From an uncultured Gammaproteobacteria bacterium (lineage in GTDB: Bacteria > Pseudomonadota > Gammaproteobacteria > SZUA-140), in contig CALZMY010000121.1 of the NCBI GenBank assembly GCA_945788675.1, positions 1 to 39,493 of the forward strand: a DNA stretch of 39,493 nt, in the 5' to 3' direction. Below are positions 1 through 7,423 of the stretch, in pieces. A model generated the notes under the pieces. That model had not been told where the DNA came from and made no database searches. It was given only the letters and a program-made list of their open reading frames with translations. Made by a program: the position numbers and the translations under genes. Numbering within the stretch: the first letter of the stretch is position 1; each line of letters starts with the position of its first letter.

Positions 1-2327
1 ACGCCTCACTCGGCGAGATGTACAACGCACTGACGCCGCTGGGCGTCAAGATTCCCAACGGCTTTGCCACCAGTGCCGACGCCTACCGCCACTTTATTCA
101 TCACAATAATCTACACGAAAAGATCGAATCGGCGCTGGAAGCAATGGATGCAGATGACGTCGATGCACTGGCCGCGACCGGCGCCCGCATCCGCGCGTGG
201 ATCGCCCATGCCGAACTACCCGCGGACCTCGCACAGGAGATCACAGACGCCTATGGCTGTCTTGAAGAGGAGTACGGCACCAATACCGACGTCGCGGTGC
301 GCAGTTCAGCCACCGCCGAAGACCTGCCCACCGCCTCGTTTGCCGGGCAGCAGGACTCCTATCTCAACATTCGCGGCACCCATAACCTGCTGATCACCTG
401 CAAACAGGTATTCGCCTCGCTCTTTACCGACCGCGCCATCTCCTATCGCATCCACCAGGGCTTTACCCACATGGATGTCGCCCTCTCGATCGGGGTACAG
501 AAGATGGTGCGCGCCGACCTCGGCGCCTCCGGCGTGCTCTTCACCCTCGATACCGAGAGTGGCTTCCGCGACGTGGTCTTCACCACCGCCGCCTACGGCC
601 TGGGGGAGAACATTGTCCAGGGCACGGTCAATCCCGATGAGTACTACGTCTTCAAACCAACCCTGGAAAAAGGCTTCCGCCCTATCCTCAAACGTCAGCT
701 CGGCGAGAAGGCGATCAAGATGATCTACTCCGGTGACCCTACCGCCGGTATCTCGACCCACAATGTTCCTGTGCTGCGTGAAGAGCAGGAGCGCTTTGTG
801 CTCAGCGACGACGAGGTACTGCAACTGGCGCGGGACGCTTTAATCATCGAAAAACACTATTCAAAACACGCCGGTGTCGATCGCCCGATGGATATCGAAT
901 GGGCAAAAGATGGCATCACCAATGAGATATTTATCGTGCAGGCGCGGCCGGAGACGGTAGAGGCCACCAGAGATGTCAACATCCACCGCAGCTACACGCT
1001 AAAGAGCGAGGGTGAACCGCTCGCCCAGGGCAAGAGCATCGGACAGAAGATCGCCACTGGCAAGGTGCGCGTGATTCTGGAGGCGTCACAGATGCGCGAA
1101 CTGCAACCGGGCGAGGTGCTGGTCACTGATATCACCGACCCCGACTGGGAACCAGTGATGAAGATCGCTGCCGGCATCGTCACCAACCGTGGTGGGCGCA
1201 CCTGCCACGCCGCGATCATCGCACGGGAACTCGGTATCCCGGCGATCGTCGGCTGTGGCAATGCCACTCAGACACTGCGCACTGGTGAGATGGTCACAGT
1301 CTCCTGTGCACAGGGAGACAGTGGTTTTGTCTATCGTGGTAAACAGCCATTTGAGATCGACGAAATTAACCTCAGCAATCTCAAACAACCCAAAACAGAT
1401 ATCATGCTCAACCTCGGCAACCCGGAACAGGCCTACAAGTTTTCACACCTGCCATGCAGCGGTGTGGGGCTGGCGCGACTCGAATTCATCATCAACAACA
1501 CCATCCGCGTCCATCCACGTGCGCTGCTCGAATACGACAAGCTGGAATCCGACACACAGCAGCAGATCGATACTCTCTGCGCTGGCTACCCAGATCGTAA
1601 GAGCTTTTACATCAAACGTCTCGCCGAAGGGATCAGCACCATTGCGGCGGCCTTTTACCCTAAACCGGTCATCGTGCGCATGAGCGACTTCAAGTCCAAC
1701 GAATACGCCTCACTGATCGGTGGCAAACAGTTTGAACCGGAAGAAGAGAATCCGATGATTGGCCTGCGCGGCGCCAATCGTTATTTTTCTGCGCAGTTTG
1801 CCGAATGTTTCAAACTCGAGTGTGCCGCAATGAAACGGGCACGCGAACACATGGGGCTCGACAACATCGCATTGATGATCCCGTTTGTCCGCACCGTCGA
1901 TGAAGGGATCAAGGCGCTGGAACTGATGGCAGGTGAAGGGCTCGCACGTGGCGAAAATGGACTCAAAATCCACATGATGTGCGAGATCCCATCAAATGCA
2001 CTGCTCGCCGACGAGTTCCTGCAACACTTCGACGGCTTCTCGATCGGCTCCAATGACCTGACACAGCTGACCCTCGGCATCGACCGTGACTCCGGCATCG
2101 TCAGCGGCTTTGATGAACGCAATCCGGCCGTCACAACGTTGATTGAAATGGCCATCACCGCCTGTAAAAAGGCAGATAAATATGTCGGTATCTGTGGTCA
2201 GGCACCCTCCGACTATCCAGAGATAACCCAGTGGCTGGTCAAACAGGGGATCAGTTCGATTTCACTGAACCCTGATAGCGTACTGGAAATGACCCGTGCT
2301 GTGCTGGAGATTGAGCAGCAGAATTAG
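1..2327 (+). CDS. ppsA: Phosphoenolpyruvate synthase (pyruvate, water dikinase), 5'-truncated by the window edge
   Basis: The frame is open from base 3 (ASLGEMY, tail of the conserved GGKNASLGEM motif). Motifs VAVRSSATAEDL, SFAGQQ, DIEWA, phospho-His GGRTCHAAIIARELG, GLARLEF, FSIGSNDLTQL and GICGQ are present. Confidence 0.97.
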   Translation, partial: ASLGEMYNALTPLGVKIPNGFATSADAYRHFIHHNNLHEKIESALEAMDADDVDALAATGARIRAWIAHAELPADLAQEITDAYGCLEEEYGTNTDVAVRSSATAEDLPTASFAGQQDSYLNIRGTHNLLITCKQVFASLFTDRAISYRIHQGFTHMDVALSIGVQKMVRADLGASGVLFTLDTESGFRDVVFTTAAYGLGENIVQGTVNPDEYYVFKPTLEKGFRPILKRQLGEKAIKMIYSGDPTAGISTHNVPVLREEQERFVLSDDEVLQLARDALIIEKHYSKHAGVDRPMDIEWAKDGITNEIFIVQARPETVEATRDVNIHRSYTLKSEGEPLAQGKSIGQKIATGKVRVILEASQMRELQPGEVLVTDITDPDWEPVMKIAAGIVTNRGGRTCHAAIIARELGIPAIVGCGNATQTLRTGEMVTVSCAQGDSGFVYRGKQPFEIDEINLSNLKQPKTDIMLNLGNPEQAYKFSHLPCSGVGLARLEFIINNTIRVHPRALLEYDKLESDTQQQIDTLCAGYPDRKSFYIKRLAEGISTIAAAFYPKPVIVRMSDFKSNEYASLIGGKQFEPEEENPMIGLRGANRYFSAQFAECFKLECAAMKRAREHMGLDNIALMIPFVRTVDEGIKALELMAGEGLARGENGLKIHMMCEIPSNALLADEFLQHFDGFSIGSNDLTQLTLGIDRDSGIVSGFDERNPAVTTLIEMAITACKKADKYVGICGQAPSDYPEITQWLVKQGISSISLNPDSVLEMTRAVLEIEQQN

Positions 2328-2394
2328 CCCCAGATTTCGCTATAGTGGTATTCTGAAACGATGAACCAATCGTATTACTCAAGGTATTAATACC

Positions 2395-2898
2395 ATGAAA
2401 ACACTAATCATTATCACACTCGCTTTTTCCATCAGCATGACATTAGGAGGATGTAGCTCCACGCCAGACAAGCATCCACGATCATTGCAAAATGAGCCAC
2501 AAACACATTCCAGTCGAGCGCTGCCAGGTACAAATCCAGCAGTAATAAAGCTCTACGCACAACACAAAAGCTGGAAAGGGACCCGTTATAAGCTGGGTGG
2601 ATTAAGTAAAAAAGGGATCGATTGCTCTGGTTTTGTTCATATCACATACAAAGAAAGATTTGGAAAAACGCTCCCCAGAACCACAGAACTACAGGCAAAA
2701 GCGGGCACAGGAATTACGCGCCAGCAGCTCCGGGCCGGGGATCTGGTATTTTTCAATACCAGCAGGAAAGTCCGTCATGTGGGCATCTACATCGAAGATG
2801 GAAAATTTCTACATGCATCCACCAGCAAAGGTGTCATGATCTCAAATATCAATAACGTCTACTGGAAAGAGGCGTATTGGAAAGCAGTGCGGATATAG
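2395..2898 (+). CDS. NlpC/P60-family lipoprotein, peptidoglycan endopeptidase (Spr/MepS/NlpC-like)
   Basis: Lipobox LGGC. NlpC/P60 motifs WKGTRYKLGG, GIDCSGF (catalytic Cys), GDLVFF, HVGIY and FLHASTSKGV. Confidence 0.93.
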   Translation: MKTLIIITLAFSISMTLGGCSSTPDKHPRSLQNEPQTHSSRALPGTNPAVIKLYAQHKSWKGTRYKLGGLSKKGIDCSGFVHITYKERFGKTLPRTTELQAKAGTGITRQQLRAGDLVFFNTSRKVRHVGIYIEDGKFLHASTSKGVMISNINNVYWKEAYWKAVRI

Positions 2899-3216
2899 GA
2901 CCTCTACATCAAATGACAAAAATCATCCTCCGCCAGCTTTTCACCTCCCCAAGACACGACACCACATCACCAAAAAAGCCTCTGCACAAAATAATTTAAA
3001 TTTTAAGGAACCTCTGATTAATTCTGAGCGGATAGAAATGAGAGTCAAAACATTCAAATGCAAGGCGCTAATCGCAAGGAATAGCGGGACTATTGCTAAG
3101 ATTAGCAACGCAGTAGTTGAATATTTTGGACTCATTGCTACCATTCATGAATAAATTAGAGATTCCTGAGATAGCAAACAAAACATTTGCATTTTATGAC
3201 AATAACCTTAATATCA

Positions 3217-3232
3217 TTTGAGTGATGTCACA
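3217..3232. promoter_or_regulatory. Candidate Crp-family binding site TTTGA-GTGATG-TCACA upstream of the lipoprotein gene
   Basis: 9/10 match to the TGTGA-N6-TCACA consensus, in an AT-rich intergenic region 110 bp upstream of the 3342 start. Confidence 0.45.
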
Positions 3233-3341
3233 CATAGTGTTGCAGTGACCACCCAATTTTTAAATATAGACTGACATCGTCAGTATTCAGCTGGCGTCTT
3301 ATGTTCAGGTGTGCAATTAAACATTAAAGAGGAATACGAAA

Positions 3342-3680
3342 ATGTTAAAGCGATCAATATTAATTATGGCTGTGCCTGCAATAGCATTACTTGCGAGTGG
3401 CTGTGCCACTAGCACGGCGACGCCTGATGATGATTTACAGGCATCTATCGAACGCGCACAACAGACTGCTGATGAGGCCAAACGTATGGCTGCCGATGCC
3501 AAGATGGCCGCTGAAGATGCTGCGGCTGCCAAGAGTGCCGCTGCCCAGGCACAAGCCGATGCCGATCAGGCCAAGAGCATGGCGAATGACGCAATGAGCA
3601 AGGCGGCAGCCTCTGCTGACGCGGCAAGAGAAGCCAGCATGAAATCTGACCGGATGTTCGAAAAATCCATGAGCAAGTGA
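3342..3680 (+). CDS. Lpp/OprI-family alanine-zipper outer-membrane lipoprotein
   Basis: RBS AGAGGA. Signal peptide with lipobox LASGC (Cys21), Ala-rich coiled coil, and OprI-like C-terminus DRMFEKSMSK ending in Lys. Confidence 0.88.
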   Translation: MLKRSILIMAVPAIALLASGCATSTATPDDDLQASIERAQQTADEAKRMAADAKMAAEDAAAAKSAAAQAQADADQAKSMANDAMSKAAASADAAREASMKSDRMFEKSMSK

Positions 3681-3786
3681 TCAGGCGTCAATTATTTCTC
3701 GACAAAAAAGCAGTCCGCCCGGGCTGTTCATGTTGATGGCGCGATTATAATATCGGCCTGACTCATATTCACCTGGCTCAGATCTC

Positions 3787-3815
3787 ACGGGACGGACGGA
3801 TGTTCGTCCCGTTTT
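3787..3815 (+). terminator. Rho-independent terminator between the convergent lipoprotein and L,D-transpeptidase genes
   Basis: ACGGGACGGAC-GGAT-GTTCGTCCCGT forms an 11-bp stem with one G-U pair, followed by a short T run. Confidence 0.65.
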
Positions 3816-3821
3816 CATATG

Positions 3822-5120
3822 CTATTTACTGCTTACCAGGCATGGAATGCTGGAATCAATACGACTGGCGGGGATGATGATTCCGCTGAGATCAAGTGAG
3901 CCCACCAATTTGTCGGCGGCTGATTCGGCCTGTTTACGACTGTTGAAGGGTCCGGCCATGACCCGGCACGCGCCATCTTTTCCGATGACGCTCACAACGG
4001 TTGGCAGCTCAATTGTGCTGATGCTCGTGCTGACCTGCTCGACCGTGTCCATCGTTCGATAAGCACCTACCTGCACCATCCATTCTCGCTGTCTGACGAG
4101 CGATACTGGTGACTGATCATCGAGCGCTATCACAGTTTCGTCCTGTCTATAGAGCAGAAGAGGAACACCCTTTGCTTGAAGCGCTATCTGCTCAGCCTTA
4201 TCCCAACTATCACTACTGAGCATACCCGACGTGTCATTGGCAATCGCCCTGACCATCGAGGTTAGATCACGGCCCGTATTAATTTTAGATTCCGCCATGG
4301 GTGGATGTGCCTCCAGATAGAATGCCCCGCCTGACCAGCCCACTTTATAAGGCTGCTCAATGATACGAACTGGAGTGCCTGTGGCTATCTGCGGAAAAAA
4401 AACGGCAATATCTTCAGGATACATCCGCAGGCAGCCATGACTCACGCGCATGCCAATGCTGTAGGGTCGATTAGTGCCATGAATGAGATAACTGCTCTGA
4501 CCAAGCCGCATCGCATAATCCCCCAACGGATTATCCTCCCCCGGCGGCACTATCATCGGCAGAATGTCACCTTCCGCAGCATGTTCGGCACGAATAGACT
4601 CTGGCACCACCCAGGATGGCTTGACCTTTTTTTCCGTAATTTTGGTATACGTGAAAGGGATGGTGCTTCCTTCTGAGCCAATCCCAAGCGGGTAAGTGAC
4701 GACTGTACGCGCACTGCCACCTTGTGCCGGAGGATAGTAATAAAGACGCATCTCCGGCAGGTTAATCACAACACCTTCACGCGGCGCATCCGGCAGAATA
4801 AACTGATTCGGGACAATCACTCTCTGGCCAGCACCGGGCAGCCAGGGATCCACATCAGGGTTGGCAGCAACAATTTCATTGAGCCCGAGACCATTACGGC
4901 GAGCGACATCCAACAGGGTATCTGATGCCTCAACCTGAATTTCCTCCACCTGACCTATCACTGCTTGATTAGCAGGTGGCAACGGAAAGGTTTTGGCAAT
5001 TGCATTGTCATGCACAGCAAATAACAGCCAGAACGTCACCGAGATCGCCACCATGAATCGCGCCGGCAGCCGAACTGCAGAACATAATCGGATATTGATA
5101 ATAGGGGTCAACAGGCTCAT
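3822..5120 (-). CDS. L,D-transpeptidase (ErfK/YbiS/YcfS type) with LysM, YkuD, C-terminal domain and SPOR domain
   Basis: LysM-like DTLLDVARRNGLGLNEIVAANPDVDPWLP; VINLPEMRLYYYP; catalytic HGTN...SHGCLRM; SPOR-like WMVQVGAY...RVMAGPFNSRKQAE. Start is uncertain (5141, 5120 or 5054); 5120 is chosen because the sigma54-like promoter would exclude 5141. Confidence 0.9.
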   Translation of the reverse strand: MSLLTPIINIRLCSAVRLPARFMVAISVTFWLLFAVHDNAIAKTFPLPPANQAVIGQVEEIQVEASDTLLDVARRNGLGLNEIVAANPDVDPWLPGAGQRVIVPNQFILPDAPREGVVINLPEMRLYYYPPAQGGSARTVVTYPLGIGSEGSTIPFTYTKITEKKVKPSWVVPESIRAEHAAEGDILPMIVPPGEDNPLGDYAMRLGQSSYLIHGTNRPYSIGMRVSHGCLRMYPEDIAVFFPQIATGTPVRIIEQPYKVGWSGGAFYLEAHPPMAESKINTGRDLTSMVRAIANDTSGMLSSDSWDKAEQIALQAKGVPLLLYRQDETVIALDDQSPVSLVRQREWMVQVGAYRTMDTVEQVSTSISTIELPTVVSVIGKDGACRVMAGPFNSRKQAESAADKLVGSLDLSGIIIPASRIDSSIPCLVSSK

Positions 5121-5144
5121 TTTTCTAAAATCATTAAGCATCAG

Positions 5145-5159
5145 GCAGGCATTGTGCCA
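5145..5159 (-). promoter_or_regulatory. Candidate sigma54 (-24/-12) promoter for the L,D-transpeptidase-SPOR gene
   Basis: Minus strand TGGCAC-AATGC-CTGC has exact GG-N10-GC spacing and one mismatch to TGGCAC-N5-TTGC. Confidence 0.55.
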
Positions 5160-5424
5160 CAGCTGTTGCTGATTTGGGATGCAGAGGTAAGAGATGCCGA
5201 ATAGTAGTCGCTACCTGCTTATTTCACTACTGCAAGGATAAACACGTTTTTATATAAAAAATCATCGTGTTAGCAGAGGATATGACTGAAGCCTGAATAA
5301 AACAACAAATCAGCTATATCTACTGTAAAATACAAGGTAATCGTCAACGGCCTATCTGTGCTTCTCGGCTAAAACACAAGCGGCTCTTGCCGATACATTT
5401 ACTGACAAAGCACCCTTTATCAAA

Positions 5425-6129
5425 GTGGGCGACAGCATAATTTATCGGGGTTGTATGCGAGTTTGGCAACTATATCTGCAGCGGTTTTTCGCGCCAGTCA
5501 AACACTCATTGATGAGTATGGCCTCACGCTGCTGTGCGCACCCTTCGAGTAATCAACATCGATCCGTCAGCACACTTTTTTTCATTGTGTTGCTCTATAA
5601 CGCCACGTTTTCAGTAGCGCATGCCGATCCCGATACCTGGATCCTCATCGATGCCGCGGAACGCTCCTTGTCAGTCATGCAGAAAGATCAAGTTATTGAG
5701 GATTTCCCTGGCATCGCGCTGGGACGGAATGGCTATGCCGCCGATCGCTCACAGGGTGATGGCAAGACACCACTCGGGGAATTCCATGTCGCGTGGGTCA
5801 ATCCAAAGAGCCGTTTTCGGCTGTTTTTTGGACTTGATTATCCTAATGTTGAACGGGCAGAACTCGCCTATCAGCGTGAACGCATCGACTTCGATACTTA
5901 CTCAGCAATCCGCAAGGCCTTATTGAAAGGGCAGATCCCTCCTCAGGAAACGTCACTAGGTGGCTATATCGGTATCCATGGTGTCGGCGCAGGCGACCCG
6001 CGTATTCATAAGATAAGTGACTGGACACAAGGTTGTATCGCACTCTCCAACTCACAGCTCGATCATCTGGAAAAATGGATCAAGGTAGGCACCAGGGTGG
6101 TAATTACAGATGGACTTAGGCATTTATAA
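5425..6129 (+). CDS. YkuD-family protein of the YafK/DpaA (LdtF)-like type
   Basis: GDGKTPLGEF, NPKSRF...LDYPN and catalytic GGYIGIHG...WTQGCIALSN. A signal-like segment ends at VAHA-D. The true start is probably downstream of 5425. Confidence 0.8.
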   Translation: MGDSIIYRGCMRVWQLYLQRFFAPVKHSLMSMASRCCAHPSSNQHRSVSTLFFIVLLYNATFSVAHADPDTWILIDAAERSLSVMQKDQVIEDFPGIALGRNGYAADRSQGDGKTPLGEFHVAWVNPKSRFRLFFGLDYPNVERAELAYQRERIDFDTYSAIRKALLKGQIPPQETSLGGYIGIHGVGAGDPRIHKISDWTQGCIALSNSQLDHLEKWIKVGTRVVITDGLRHL

Positions 6130-6180
6130 ACAGAAAGGCATCCCTTAAAACGCACAAACATGAGATGGTCGAATTAACGC

Positions 6181-7182
6181 TTAGCTGGATGGTTCCATCG
6201 TCACGCGATTCCGCCCATTACTCTTCGAGGCATACAGTGACTTGTCAGCTTGATTAACCACATCCTTCCAGCACTTTATTTTCAGCTCATCATTTTCCAC
6301 GCTACCAAGACCAGCGCTGATGCTCAGGAACTTCCAGGGACTTTTAGCGTGATTGATGGACAATTCTAAAATGGCCCTCACCAGGCGCTCGGCAAGAATA
6401 GATGCCTGATCGATTGTGGTCTCGGGAAGTAGCATTAAAAACTCTTCACCACCATAACGATATATCCTGTCGGAAGTACGGATCATATCCTTAAGACTAG
6501 TCGCTACTTTTTTTAGTGCGTGATCACCAGCGATGTGACCATAATGATCGTTGTACGACTTAAACAGATCAATATCAATAAGTATTACTGAGTAGTGACG
6601 ATGATAACGGAGAAACGCGCTATGAACATGATGCAAATCAACCTCCATCGCGCGCCGATTACCGATACTGGTGAGAGAATCCTGCAATGACAAAGTTCTA
6701 AGCTTTTCGTTGGCTTGTTTCAACTCATCGAGGCGCTTCTCAATGGAATTCTCGATGATATCCTGCAAGGAGTCGAACAACTTGAAGTGCGCCTTAACGA
6801 GATCACTATGGGTAATTAGCCCAACCAGCTTTTCATTCTCTATCACCGGGATATGGCGAATATTCTCTGCGCCCAGCACAACCAGGGCATCGAACAGGGT
6901 TGAAGATCGCTGCACCGTAACCAATGGTCCTGACATCACTTCCGATGCCAGGCGCTCGTTGGCCTGCGTATAATCGGAAACTTGATGGAAGAGCGCCACA
7001 ATATCGCGCTCAGTAATGATGCCGACCGGACAATCATCATCGACAATGATAATGCATGAATATTTATTGGAATACATTTTATCAATGACCTGGCACAGCG
7101 GAGCATCGTGCTGAGCAGTAGCAACATTTTGCGACATCAGTCGTTCAATAAAAATATCCTGCATCGTGCGTCCTTCCGTCAA
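6181..7182 (-). CDS. Diguanylate cyclase with an N-terminal CBS pair
   Basis: CBS motifs PVGIITERD and LVGLITHSD, a coiled linker, DSLTSIGNRR, DIDLFKSYNDHYGHIAGD, intact I-site RTSD five residues before GGEEF. Confidence 0.93.
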   Translation of the reverse strand: MTEGRTMQDIFIERLMSQNVATAQHDAPLCQVIDKMYSNKYSCIIIVDDDCPVGIITERDIVALFHQVSDYTQANERLASEVMSGPLVTVQRSSTLFDALVVLGAENIRHIPVIENEKLVGLITHSDLVKAHFKLFDSLQDIIENSIEKRLDELKQANEKLRTLSLQDSLTSIGNRRAMEVDLHHVHSAFLRYHRHYSVILIDIDLFKSYNDHYGHIAGDHALKKVATSLKDMIRTSDRIYRYGGEEFLMLLPETTIDQASILAERLVRAILELSINHAKSPWKFLSISAGLGSVENDELKIKCWKDVVNQADKSLYASKSNGRNRVTMEPSS

Positions 7183-7423
7183 GCGGAACTCAAATGTCTT
7201 TCTTCATCAACATGTAGCGGCAATGCAGTGAAATCATTTATATCTAATAAATCCCTGCTTAAACTCAATTTTATGGATCTGGAATACAGAATATCTCTGC
7301 CCTTGCACCGAAAAACCAAACAAAAAAACACGATAGTAACAGCAGCACCCACTTTTTAAGCTTTGATTAAGGCTGGCATGCTCTACTCACAATACACAGC
7401 TTGAGCTTGAGGAGGAAATTCTA

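Noticed and set aside
2941-3144. 67-aa hydrophobic minus-strand ORF
   Set aside because: AT-rich intergenic DNA readily gives hydrophobic translations, and no motif supports it.
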